Shown: positions 45,893-55,326 of the stretch, piece after piece
Layout of the letters: every line of letters starts with the position of its first letter
Position numbering within the stretch: position 1 is the first letter of the stretch
Origin: Myxococcota bacterium
Lineage (GTDB): Bacteria; Myxococcota_A; UBA9160; UBA6930
NCBI GenBank assembly: GCA_965223705.1
Contig: OZ245015.1
Coordinates: 3,904,001-3,968,000, forward strand
Length of the DNA: 64,000 bases
Direction: 5' to 3'
Program-made: the position numbers and the translations under genes
The notes under the pieces: model-generated
What the model was told of the DNA's origin: nothing
Seen by the model: the letters and a program-made list of their open reading frames with translations, nothing else
The model's database searches: none

Positions 45893-46351
45893 TCAGTCGC
45901 GGCGCGAGCCCAGGGCCTTGCGGACGCGCCCACCGAGCTCGCGTTCCGACCACGCAGTGATCTCGCGGATTTTCGCCAAGGCGTCCCCGCTGCCGGACCA
46001 ATTCGCCCGAACGACGTCGGGATGGACGTGGTTCAAAACGCGCGACGCGGCCGCGCAGAGAACCACGAGGTCGTCGAGCACACCGAGAGGCCCGAACAGC
46101 CACGCGGGCAGGAGATCGATGGGAGACAGGAGATAGCCCAGGCCCAGCAAAGCGATGGCTTTATCGCCGACGGAAACCCGCGAGTCGCGGAGCAGGCGAG
46201 CCAGGAGAACCGCGACGTCCGGCAGGAGCATCAGCACGTCGGGTAGACCGGCGCGCGCTCCCGGCGCGTGACGCACGACGAGCAACCGGATCCGGTCGTA
46301 CAAGCGGGCTTCATCGGGGTTGAGTTCGATTTCGATGTGGGGCTCGTTCAT
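45893..46351 (-). CDS. DUF1232 (YkvA-like) membrane protein
   Basis: YLLSPIDLLP...GVLDD motif. Confidence 0.8.
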   Translation of the reverse strand: MNEPHIEIELNPDEARLYDRIRLLVVRHAPGARAGLPDVLMLLPDVAVLLARLLRDSRVSVGDKAIALLGLGYLLSPIDLLPAWLFGPLGVLDDLVVLCAAASRVLNHVHPDVVRANWSGSGDALAKIREITAWSERELGGRVRKALGSRRD

Positions 46352-46839
46352 CGCTCATCCAAGGCGACGGGCCGCCCCGACAGGGTGAGTCCCAGGGTGC
46401 GATCCGTTCCGTCGTATTGTTGGAAACCGAAGACCACTTCTCCAGTTCCCCTCGCGGCGACCAGCAGCGGCGGCAGATCCGGAACGACGGGGACACCCGC
46501 GAGATCCCCGACCGGGATCCAGGCGACTTCGCAACCCTCTTCGGCTCGGAGTTCTCCCGGCACGACGGTCGCCGCGAACACGAACACCACGTACGCGTGG
46601 TTCTCCAGTGCGGCCTCGTGGAGGACCAGCCGCAACCGCAGCTCGTCGACTTCGAGGCCCGCTTCCTCCCGCACCTCCCGGCGCGCCGAGACCGCGATGT
46701 CTTCTCCAGCTTCGACGTGCCCGCCCAAACCGTTCCACAATCCGGGAAAGCGGTTCGCTGTCGGCGGATTGCGACGGAGCAGCACGCGATCGTCGCGCTC
46801 GGCAAAAACCAGGGTCGCGAGTCGTGCGGCGTGCCTCAT
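46348..46839 (-). CDS. NUDIX hydrolase
   Basis: Nudix box GGHVEAGEDIAVSARREVREEAG. Confidence 0.88.
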   Translation of the reverse strand: MRHAARLATLVFAERDDRVLLRRNPPTANRFPGLWNGLGGHVEAGEDIAVSARREVREEAGLEVDELRLRLVLHEAALENHAYVVFVFAATVVPGELRAEEGCEVAWIPVGDLAGVPVVPDLPPLLVAARGTGEVVFGFQQYDGTDRTLGLTLSGRPVALDER

Positions 46840-46870
46840 CCAACCATCCGCTTGCGACGGGGCCGGCGCC

Positions 46871-47758
46871 TCACGAGAAAATGCCGGCGCGCTCTGCCCG
46901 CCCGCGTTCGAGGAGTCGCTCGAGCGCGCCGCGCACCCGCTCGACTTCGGCCGCGATGGCGCGGTCGTCGCCGTCGGGGTCGGCCTCGAGTGTCAACGGC
47001 TCCCCGAAATAGATGTGGTACTTCACCGGTAGCGGCAGCAAACCGAGCGGCCCCAGCCAAGGAAAGCCCAGCGTGATGGGAAGTGCCGGAATCCCCAAGG
47101 CTTTGGCCACCCCGTGAAGATTCGCGAGCCCCGGTTGCTGCTCCTCGCTTCCCACGACGCCGACCGGAACGATCGGCGCCCCCGTCTCGAGGGCCAAGCG
47201 CACGAAGCCGGTCCCGAAGCGCTGCAGCTGGTAGCGCTTCGAAAACGGCTTGCTGATCCCGCGGACACCTTCGGGAAAGACGAGAACGCTCTCCTCGGCC
47301 TCGAGGAGCGCGCGTCCATTCTCCACCGTGCCGACGACTTGTCCGTTTCGGTTCAGCATCACGTTGAACCACGGAATGCGCGGCAGCCAGTATTCGACGA
47401 GGGAGCGGATCAAGCGCGGCGGCTCGGCTTCGAGCAGCATGGTGGTGGCGATCATCACGCCGTCGAACGGGAGCTGACCGGCGTGATTCGCAACCAACAA
47501 TACGCGACCTGCGGGCACGCTCTCGTGCCCGACCGCCTCGACTCGGAAGTAGTGGCGGTGGAGGAGCGCGGCGAGGACCAGGGCCGGTCGCGCCGAATCC
47601 GGGTTCATGCCGAAGGGATCGAAACCGTATTCGTTCAACTGCGTCGGGATCCGCGCGAGACGGTCTGCGACTTCCGCATCGAGATCGCGGACCGAGAGAG
47701 GCAGCGCCCCTTCCACCACGTCCGCGATCGCTCGTCGGATCCCGGTGGAACGGCTCAT
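46871..47758 (-). CDS. Lysophospholipid acyltransferase (PlsC-like)
   Basis: ANHAGQLPFD, FPEG and GFVRLALETGAPIVPV motifs; ATGA overlap with the upstream gene. Confidence 0.85.
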   Translation of the reverse strand: MSRSTGIRRAIADVVEGALPLSVRDLDAEVADRLARIPTQLNEYGFDPFGMNPDSARPALVLAALLHRHYFRVEAVGHESVPAGRVLLVANHAGQLPFDGVMIATTMLLEAEPPRLIRSLVEYWLPRIPWFNVMLNRNGQVVGTVENGRALLEAEESVLVFPEGVRGISKPFSKRYQLQRFGTGFVRLALETGAPIVPVGVVGSEEQQPGLANLHGVAKALGIPALPITLGFPWLGPLGLLPLPVKYHIYFGEPLTLEADPDGDDRAIAAEVERVRGALERLLERGRAERAGIFS

Positions 47759-48666
47759 GATGCGCTCATCGCCTCGAAGATCTCTCGCAAGCCGAATAGC
47801 GGTTTCCACTGCGTCGCTCGCTCGAAGCGCTCGCCGGACACGATGAGAGGGTATTTGAAGTAATCGATGACGCCGGGCGGCCAACCGCCCCACGGCGACA
47901 AGCGACGGAAGATCGGGCGTACCAAGAAGTCGGGCATCGGCCAGACTTCGCGGCCGCAGGCGTGAACGGCGGTGTGGAGCGGCACTTGCCCCGGACCGAC
48001 GACGTTGTAGACGCCTGCGAGCTTGTGGGACAAGGCCACGGCGATGGCATCGACCAAGTCGCGCTCGTGGAGAAACTGCATCGGCGGGTCAAAGCCCATC
48101 GGGGTCGGTACACGCCGGCGGCGAAACAACTTGGCGACGGGCCCTTTCGAGAACTCACCGAGTACGTGGACAGGCCGCAGCACCGCAATCGAAAGCTCGG
48201 GGTACTTCCACATGGCGGCGCACGCGAGGCTGTCTCGTTCGACGAGTCCCCGAATCTCCGGATACGCGCGAGATGCCGCGAGCGGATGCTCTTCGGTCAT
48301 TCCGAAGGGGTTCTCCGGTGCTGCGCCGTAAGCGGCTGCGCTCGACAGTACGACCACGCGCGCCACCCCGTGCTGCGCGCAACGGGCGAGGAGTTTCTGT
48401 GTCGCCGAGATGTTGTGGTCGTGTTGCCGCCCGGTCGCCGGACCGCGGGATGTCAGGGACAGGTGCACCACCGCTTCGGGTGCCTCGCTGCGCAACACGT
48501 CCTCGAAAGCGCGCTTGCGCAGATCCGCATCGTGGAGTGCGAGATCGGTCGGGCGCCCCGGCCACGGCCGGCGATCGACACCGCAGACGCGCCATTCGCT
48601 TCGCAGCCGGCGGGCGAGGAGTCGTCCGAGGCTTCCAGCGACACCCGTGATGAGGACGTTCTTCAT
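47755..48666 (-). CDS. NAD-dependent epimerase/dehydratase-family protein
   Basis: ITGVAGSLG, SSAAAYGA and QFLHERD motifs. Confidence 0.82.
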   Translation of the reverse strand: MKNVLITGVAGSLGRLLARRLRSEWRVCGVDRRPWPGRPTDLALHDADLRKRAFEDVLRSEAPEAVVHLSLTSRGPATGRQHDHNISATQKLLARCAQHGVARVVVLSSAAAYGAAPENPFGMTEEHPLAASRAYPEIRGLVERDSLACAAMWKYPELSIAVLRPVHVLGEFSKGPVAKLFRRRRVPTPMGFDPPMQFLHERDLVDAIAVALSHKLAGVYNVVGPGQVPLHTAVHACGREVWPMPDFLVRPIFRRLSPWGGWPPGVIDYFKYPLIVSGERFERATQWKPLFGLREIFEAMSAS

Positions 48667-48820
48667 GGCGGTCCCATAAATCAGACCAGAAAGGTACCTC
48701 GTGCGTCGAACGGCTCTAGGCGCGCGTCAGATCGTAGCCATCTCGCCCCACGCCCTAGCCCAAAAGCGCGTTCGCGGGTATAAACGGCCGCGGATCGGGG
48801 CGAGAAAGGCGCGGGATTCC

Positions 48821-49531
48821 TTGGTTGAGCAAGCCGCACGGTATGAAGAAGTCAAGATTCCGCTTCGAGAGCCGGTGCACGGCCTCGAGGCGGTGTCGGG
48901 AACGCTTGGGGTGCCCGAGTGGTGGCCGACCGGCTCGCGCATCTGCCTGCTCATCGCGCACGGTGCGCAAGTTGAAGATCCGCTCCTCGAAGGCATTGCG
49001 CGCGAGCTCACCGAACGAAAGTTCCTGACGCTCCGATTCCTGCTTCCCCACGTCGAGGCGAACAAGAAGCGCGTCGACCCGCCGGCCGTCATGCGGCGCG
49101 TGTTCATGGCGGCGGCGAGTCTCGTGAGCCGCGATCCCACGGCTGCCCCGGCGCACATCTTCGTCGGCGGAAAGAACCAAGGCGCCCTCGCTGCGGCCCA
49201 CGCCGCCAACGGGCGCCTTCGCGCTTCCGGACTGTTCTTCCTCGGCTATCCGTTGCACAAACAAGGCGATCCGAGCGAGATCCGGGCCGAGCGTCTATTC
49301 CGCGCCATCAGCCCCATGCTGTTCGTGCAGGGCGATCGCGATCGGAGCTGCGAGCTCCCCGTGTTGCAGAACACGCTGCTACGGGTCGGGGCGCCTTGGG
49401 ATCTACACGTGGTGCGGGAAGCGGATCACGCCTTCAAGCTCCTCAAGAAGTCGGAACGGACTGAAGAAGAGATTCAACGCGAGGTCCTTCAGAAGCTCGA
49501 GGGCTGGATCGCGCGCGTGCTCGGCGAGTAG
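48821..49531 (+). CDS. Alpha/beta hydrolase-fold protein (KANL3/Tex30-like); start approximate
   Basis: AHGA, GGKNQG, LGYPLH, QGDRD and ADHAF motifs. Confidence 0.75.
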   Translation: MVEQAARYEEVKIPLREPVHGLEAVSGTLGVPEWWPTGSRICLLIAHGAQVEDPLLEGIARELTERKFLTLRFLLPHVEANKKRVDPPAVMRRVFMAAASLVSRDPTAAPAHIFVGGKNQGALAAAHAANGRLRASGLFFLGYPLHKQGDPSEIRAERLFRAISPMLFVQGDRDRSCELPVLQNTLLRVGAPWDLHVVREADHAFKLLKKSERTEEEIQREVLQKLEGWIARVLGE

Positions 49532-49536
49532 CGGCC

Positions 49537-50241
49537 TTGGCTGAACGAGAAACCGACCTCTATTTTGAACAGATTCCCGTCGGCGAGATGGCGAACCTCG
49601 CCTACCTGATCGGCAGCCGTTCCACCCGCGAGGCCGTCATCGTCGACCCCGCCTGGTCCGTCGACACGCTTCTCGACCGTGCCGCCGACGACGATATGAC
49701 GGTGATCGGCGCCCTGGCGACGCACTACCACCAGGACCATGTGGGCGGGGACCTCTTCGGCCACACGATCGAAGGACTCGGCCGACTCCTCGCCCGGCAA
49801 CCCGTTCCCATTCACGTGCATCGCGAAGAAGCGCGCGGGCTGTGCAAGGTCACGGGGGCGTCGGAACGAGATCTCGAAGTCCACGAGAGCGGCGACACGC
49901 TGACGCTCGGCGGTGTGACGATCCGACTCCTTCACACGCCGGGCCACACGCCGGGATCGCAGTGCTTCCTCGTCGAAACCGCGGGAGGGCCGGGGCGGCT
50001 CGTGTCGGGCGATACGCTGTTTCTCGGGAGCTGCGGGCGCGTCGATCTTCCGGGTAGCGACCCCGAGGCGATGTTCGACAGCCTGCACAACAAACTCGCC
50101 CGACTACCGGACGAGACACTGCTTTTCCCCGGCCACATGTACTCCCCGGAGCCCTCCGGGACTCTCGGTCGCGAGAAGACCCAAAACCCCTATCTCCGCG
50201 TGACGGAGCTCCACAACTTCCTGACCTTCCTCGGGGTTTGA
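49537..50241 (+). CDS. MBL-fold metallohydrolase (glyoxalase II-like)
   Basis: THYHQDHVGG, TPGHTPG, SGDTLF..CGR and PGH motifs. Confidence 0.88.
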   Translation: MAERETDLYFEQIPVGEMANLAYLIGSRSTREAVIVDPAWSVDTLLDRAADDDMTVIGALATHYHQDHVGGDLFGHTIEGLGRLLARQPVPIHVHREEARGLCKVTGASERDLEVHESGDTLTLGGVTIRLLHTPGHTPGSQCFLVETAGGPGRLVSGDTLFLGSCGRVDLPGSDPEAMFDSLHNKLARLPDETLLFPGHMYSPEPSGTLGREKTQNPYLRVTELHNFLTFLGV

Positions 50242-50378
50242 CCGGGATCCCCTAAGGCCTTGAATCCTATTCGCTTTTGCGAAAGCTCCGTTGAAAACGC
50301 AGCCGCCCGAGGCTAGTCTCCGCGCTCCGCTCGAGGCGGCCGGCGGCCGCCACTCCTAAAGCATCGGAGGCCTCCCCC

Positions 50379-51161
50379 ATGAAGATCTTGGTCTGCCTGA
50401 AGCAGGTTCCCCACCAGGACGCGCGACTCGACGTCGCTTCCGACGGAACCTGGATCCAAGAAGACAACATCAAGTTCGAAATCAACAGCTATGACACGTA
50501 CGCCCTCGAAGAAGCCCTGCGTATCAAAGACGCGGGCGAAGCCGAGGTCGTCGTCGTTTCGATCGGCCCCGGCCGCGTCACCCAGGCGCTGCGCACCGCA
50601 CTCGGAATGGGCGCTGACCGCGCGATCCATATCGATGATGACAGCATCGAGGGCTCGGATTCGCTCGGCATCGCGAAGGTTCTCGCCGCCGTGGCGAAGG
50701 AAGAATCGCCGGATCTGATTTTTGCGGGCTTCATGGCCGATGACGGCAATTTCGCTTCCGTCGGTCCGATGCTGGCCGAGCTCGTCGGGATGCCCCACGC
50801 GACCGCCGTCATGAGCGTCGCTCAAGACGGGGGCAAGGTAACGGTCGAGCGCGAGCTCGAAGGCGGCGCCCTCCAGGTCGTCGAACTCGACGCACCGTGT
50901 CTGCTCGCCGTGCAAACCGGTATCAACCAAGTCCGCTACGCGTCGCTCAAGGGCATCATGGCAGCGAAGAAGAAGCCGCTCGATACGAAGACCGCCGCCG
51001 ACCTCGGCGTGGGCGATGCGGTGGGAGCGGGCGCGGCGAAGATCAGCATCGAAAAGATCTACGTGCCGCCCAAGGGCGACGGCGCCGAGCTTCTCACCGG
51101 TGGAACGGACGACATCGTCAAGGGCCTGGTCGGCAAGATCAAAGAACTGGGCCTGCTCTAA
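50379..51161 (+). CDS. etfB: Electron transfer flavoprotein beta subunit
   Basis: MKILVCLKQVP, ALGMGADRAI and RYASLKGIMAAKKKP motifs. Confidence 0.95.
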   Translation: MKILVCLKQVPHQDARLDVASDGTWIQEDNIKFEINSYDTYALEEALRIKDAGEAEVVVVSIGPGRVTQALRTALGMGADRAIHIDDDSIEGSDSLGIAKVLAAVAKEESPDLIFAGFMADDGNFASVGPMLAELVGMPHATAVMSVAQDGGKVTVERELEGGALQVVELDAPCLLAVQTGINQVRYASLKGIMAAKKKPLDTKTAADLGVGDAVGAGAAKISIEKIYVPPKGDGAELLTGGTDDIVKGLVGKIKELGLL

Positions 51162-51215
51162 GGCCTTCCACAAGACCTGGTCCCATTCGCATCTCTCGTT
51201 GAAAGGAACACCCCC

Positions 51216-52181
51216 ATGGGCGCCATCCTCATCGTCGCCGAACTGCAGAACGGAACGATCCGCGAAGCGAGCTACGAGCTCGCGAGCTTCGCGCACAAGA
51301 TCGCCGGAGACCGACCCGTCAAGAGCATCGTGCTGGGCCAGGGCGTTTCCGCCGCCGCGGAAGAATTTGCGGCAAAAGGCGGCGGCGACGTCTGCCTCGT
51401 CGACAACGACACCGTCGCGAACTACTCCGCCGACGCCTACAACCAAGCGATCAAACAGGCCATCGACGCGACGGATGCCGAGCTCGTGCTGCTGTCGAAC
51501 ACGCCTTCGGGCTGGGACGTCGCCCCCAGGCTCGCTGTGGCACTCGACGCCGCCTTCGTCTCGGACTGCTTCAACATCGAGGACGACGGGGGAAAGTCCG
51601 TGTTCCTGCGCCGCGTGTTCAACGGCAAGCTCGACGCGCGGGTCGTCCCGAACGCCGATCGCGTCGTCGCCACGATGCAGCCCGGCGCGACGGCTCCCTA
51701 CGAGGGATCGACCAGTGGTTCGGTCTCGGCCCTCGACGTGAGCTTCGGCGATTTGCGCTCGCGTTTTGTCGAGACCCGCACGGCGGAATCGAAGGGCGTC
51801 GATCTGACGAAGGCCGAGATCATCGTCTCGGGCGGCCGCGGTGTCGGCGACCCGGAGAAATTCCCCGAAGTCATTCAGCCGCTGGCCGACGCACTCGGCG
51901 GCGCGATGGGCGCTTCGCGGCCGGTCGTAGACGCCGGCTGGCTTCCCCACGAGTACCAGGTCGGTTCGTCGGGTCAGGTGGTCACGCCGAAGCTCTACAT
52001 CGCCTGCGGTATCTCGGGAGCGATCCAGCACTTGGTCGGCATGAAGGGATCGAACTTCATCGTCGCCATCAACAAGGACGGCGACGCGCCCATTTTCGAA
52101 GTCGCCGACCTCGGCGTCGTGGCGGATCTGTTCGAGATCGTCCCCGCCCTGACCGAGGCGGTGAAGACCGCGAAGGGCTGA
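51216..52181 (+). CDS. etfA: Electron transfer flavoprotein alpha subunit
   Basis: [17 protein letters not shown] and [13 protein letters not shown] motifs. Confidence 0.95.
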   Translation: MGAILIVAELQNGTIREASYELASFAHKIAGDRPVKSIVLGQGVSAAAEEFAAKGGGDVCLVDNDTVANYSADAYNQAIKQAIDATDAELVLLSNTPSGWDVAPRLAVALDAAFVSDCFNIEDDGGKSVFLRRVFNGKLDARVVPNADRVVATMQPGATAPYEGSTSGSVSALDVSFGDLRSRFVETRTAESKGVDLTKAEIIVSGGRGVGDPEKFPEVIQPLADALGGAMGASRPVVDAGWLPHEYQVGSSGQVVTPKLYIACGISGAIQHLVGMKGSNFIVAINKDGDAPIFEVADLGVVADLFEIVPALTEAVKTAKG

Positions 52182-52243
52182 GCGCGCGGGCGTTCCGGGG
52201 CGCGGCGCTCGACGGCGCCTTAGCCTTGGCTACGTTCCGTCGC

Positions 52244-52807
52244 ATGGCAGTCGACACTTCGAGTTTTCGGAACGGGCTCAAGATCGAGCTCGACGGCGAA
52301 CCCTTCACCATCACGTACTTCCAGCACGTGAAACCCGGCAAGGGCGGCGCTTTCGTACGCACGAAGGTGAAGAACCTGAAGACGGGGCGCGTCCTCGACC
52401 GGACGTTTCGCTCGGGCGAGAAAGTCGACGAGGCCGACGTCGAAGATCGCTCGATGCAGTACCTCTACCACGACGGCGACTCGTTCATCTTCATGGACAA
52501 CTCGAGCTACGACCAGGTCCCGTTCAGCAAAGATCAGATCGGAGACGCGGCGAAGTTCTTGAAAGAGAACCTCGAGGTCGACGTGCTCTTCTGGCGCGGC
52601 AATCCGATCAACATCGAGCTGCCCTCGTTTATCGAAGCCACCGTGACCCAGTGTGATCCCGGCGTGAAAGGCGACACGGCTTCGGGTGCTACCAAGCCGG
52701 CGACGATCGAAACCGGTGCGGTGGTTCAGGTGCCGCTCTTCATCAAAGAGGGCGAAGTGCTCCGCGTCGACACGCGAACCGGCGAATACGTGGAGCGGGT
52801 GAACTGA
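52244..52807 (+). CDS. efp: Elongation factor P
   Basis: HVKPGKGGAFVRTK, PGVKGDTA and VDTRTGEYVER motifs. Confidence 0.97.
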   Translation: MAVDTSSFRNGLKIELDGEPFTITYFQHVKPGKGGAFVRTKVKNLKTGRVLDRTFRSGEKVDEADVEDRSMQYLYHDGDSFIFMDNSSYDQVPFSKDQIGDAAKFLKENLEVDVLFWRGNPINIELPSFIEATVTQCDPGVKGDTASGATKPATIETGAVVQVPLFIKEGEVLRVDTRTGEYVERVN

Positions 52808-53832
52808 GAGGCGACCAGCTCGCGCGTCAGTGGCAACTCATCCAACGCCTCGCGCGCAGCCAAGCGGGCGTGGGGCTCGACGAGCTCGCCGAAGATCTCG
52901 GTTGCGTGCGTCGCACCGTGTACCGCGACCTCGACGCGCTGATGTTCGCCGGCTTCCCGGTAGTGAGCGAAAAACGGGATTCCCGGGTCTTCTACCGCTT
53001 TCTGGATTCGTTCCGGCTCGGCGACATTCCGTTTACTGCCGACGAAGTCCTCGCGTTGGCCTTCGGCGAAGATCATTTGCGCGCCCTCGAAGGCACGGTG
53101 TTCCACGATTCCATCCGCCAGGCCCTGGCAAAAATCCGTGCGGGGCTGCGCCCCGAGCTCGCGGAGTTCCTCTCGAAGCTCGGGGGCAGCTTTCGCGTCA
53201 TGCCGGGCCCCCACAAGCGCTACGCCCGAAGCCGAGAAGTCATCCGGACGATCAACGACGCCGTCATCGCCGGACGCGGCGTCACCATGCGATACCGCAC
53301 CGCGAGAACCGGTGAGGTCGCCGATCGAGCGTTCGATCCCTACCGGATCTGGTACCGAAACGGCGGACTCTACGCGATCGGCCACGATCACCGCTCCGGA
53401 GAGATCCGGACGTTCGCGATCGACCGCATCGAGCGCGTCGCGCTCGAAGAGCGAACGTTCTCGGTACCTGAAGACTTCGACTTCGACGCGTACACCGAAG
53501 CCTCGTTCGGTGTGATGTCGGAACCGCCCGTCCGCGTGCGCATCCGATTCGAAAAGGAATGGGCCGTTCACGTCGAAGAGCGGGTCTGGCATCCGAGCCA
53601 ACAGCTCGAGGTGCTCTCCGACGGCCGCGTCGAGCTCGCGATGGAAGTGGGCGGCAGTCTCGAGCTCCGCAACTGGGTGCTCTCCTTCGGAGCCGGAGCC
53701 GAAGTGCTCGAGCCCAAGACCCTGCGCGAAGAAGTCGCCGCAGAACTCGAGCGCGCGGTTTCGCACTACCGGCCGAGCCCACTTCGTGCTGGTATTCCAG
53801 CCTCAACCCGGCAGACCGGGGCCCGGCCGTGA
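52804..53832 (+). CDS. HTH-WYL-WCX transcriptional regulator (YafY/PafB-like); probable CTG start at 52804 (ORF track starts at 52870)
   Basis: RTVYRDL HTH, PYRI...LYAIG...RTFAIDRI WYL domain, WVLSFG...VLEP..LR WCX; in-frame extension RGDQLARQW. Confidence 0.88.
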   Translation: MRGDQLARQWQLIQRLARSQAGVGLDELAEDLGCVRRTVYRDLDALMFAGFPVVSEKRDSRVFYRFLDSFRLGDIPFTADEVLALAFGEDHLRALEGTVFHDSIRQALAKIRAGLRPELAEFLSKLGGSFRVMPGPHKRYARSREVIRTINDAVIAGRGVTMRYRTARTGEVADRAFDPYRIWYRNGGLYAIGHDHRSGEIRTFAIDRIERVALEERTFSVPEDFDFDAYTEASFGVMSEPPVRVRIRFEKEWAVHVEERVWHPSQQLEVLSDGRVELAMEVGGSLELRNWVLSFGAGAEVLEPKTLREEVAAELERAVSHYRPSPLRAGIPASTRQTGARP

Positions 53833-53868
53833 TAGGTGAGGGCGCCCAGTCGTAGCGGGTGAGGCTGT

Positions 53869-55326
53869 CTAGGGCGTCACGACGTCAACTGGCCCCAGAT
53901 CCGACAGCTGCGGCGCGAGTTCGTCGGCCGGGCCGACGACCACTACCGCGACGCGTTCGGGATGAATCAATGTGTCGGCGATCTTCGCGGTATCGGACTC
54001 GGATACGTCGCGTACCCGCGTGCGGTAGGTATCGAGTGAATCGTCGGGCAAGCCGGAAACCGAAAGATCGACGAGGGACGATGTGACCGCACTCGGCGTC
54101 TCGAGGCCCAGCGCGAAGCGCCCGGTCGAGAGCGTCTTCGCGTCGCGGAGCTCATCGCCCGCGGGCGGCGAGCTCTGCAAGGTCCGAAGCTCTTCGAGAA
54201 TCATGTCGACTACCCGCCGGGTTTCGGGCACGCGCGTAAACGTCGACACGACAAAGGGACCGGGGTGTCGCCGCAAGGTGAAGTAGGAAGAGACTCCGTA
54301 GGTAAGCCCGGCTTCGGCGCGGATCTTTTGCATGAGGCGTGACGAAAAACCGGAGCCGCCGAGGGTCAGGTTCGTCAACGAAGCCGCGATGCGCCGCGGA
54401 TCGGTGCGGGCGATCCCCTCGTGCCCGACCAGGATCTGCGTCTGGCCGAGATCCGGTTTGTCGACGATGACGACGCGCGACGTGTCCGGGGCGAACTCGG
54501 GCGGAGCCGGCGGCGGCGGAGCGGGCTCGCGATCTTCCCATCCGCCGAAGAGGCTGCGCGCGCTCTCGACGAGAGCTTCGACGTCGATGTTGCCCGAGGC
54601 GAAGAACACCGCGTCCCGCGGCACGAAGATCTTGCGATGGAAAGCCCGCGCGGCCTTGGCGTCGAGCGCGCGAACCGTTTCGCTCGTCCCCGATACCGGA
54701 ATCCCGTACCGATGCTCCGGGTAGAGGGCCCGTGCAAACGCCCGACTCCCGAGCGTGCGCGGTTGGTCTTGTTCTTGTTCGAGCGCCGCGAGCTGTTCCG
54801 CGCGAACGCGCTCCGCTTCGTCCCTCGGCAACCGCGGATCGAGGACGAGGTCACGCAATACTTCGAGGAGCGTCGTCAGATCCCCGGACAGACCGCTGAC
54901 ACTCGCAGTCGTCGTGTCCCAACCCGAGCCGACTCCGAAGCTCGCTCCGAGCGCATCCATGGTCTCCGCGAGGTCGAGGGCGTTTCGCGCGCCGGCGCCG
55001 CGTTCCATGAGCTCGGCGGTGAACGCGGCCAAGCCGGCCTCGGTGAGACTTTCGGCCGATGCGCCCTGGGCCACCGTGATGCCCAAGCTGACGTAGGGAA
55101 GCCTCCGATCGGTGAGCAGGATGAGACGCAACCCGTTGTCGAGGGTCCCGCGATAGAGCTTGCCGGGGTCGACCACGACGCCGTCGGGAACCGAGGGCGC
55201 CGGTCGTTGCCACGCCGGGAGCACCACGACTCGCGGGGCGGGCTCGGCCGGGGGGGCGGGTTCCCGATTCGAAGCGCACGCCGCGAGCCCGAGGAGGAGC
55301 ACCAGTAGCGCCGGACGCCGGATCAC
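53869..55326 (-). CDS. M16 peptidase non-catalytic subunit, putative lipoprotein
   Basis: LAAC lipobox; LDNGL; lacks HxxEH; GGSGFSSRL..IR...GLTY. Confidence 0.85.
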   Translation of the reverse strand: MIRRPALLVLLLGLAACASNREPAPPAEPAPRVVVLPAWQRPAPSVPDGVVVDPGKLYRGTLDNGLRLILLTDRRLPYVSLGITVAQGASAESLTEAGLAAFTAELMERGAGARNALDLAETMDALGASFGVGSGWDTTTASVSGLSGDLTTLLEVLRDLVLDPRLPRDEAERVRAEQLAALEQEQDQPRTLGSRAFARALYPEHRYGIPVSGTSETVRALDAKAARAFHRKIFVPRDAVFFASGNIDVEALVESARSLFGGWEDREPAPPPPAPPEFAPDTSRVVIVDKPDLGQTQILVGHEGIARTDPRRIAASLTNLTLGGSGFSSRLMQKIRAEAGLTYGVSSYFTLRRHPGPFVVSTFTRVPETRRVVDMILEELRTLQSSPPAGDELRDAKTLSTGRFALGLETPSAVTSSLVDLSVSGLPDDSLDTYRTRVRDVSESDTAKIADTLIHPERVAVVVVGPADELAPQLSDLGPVDVVTP

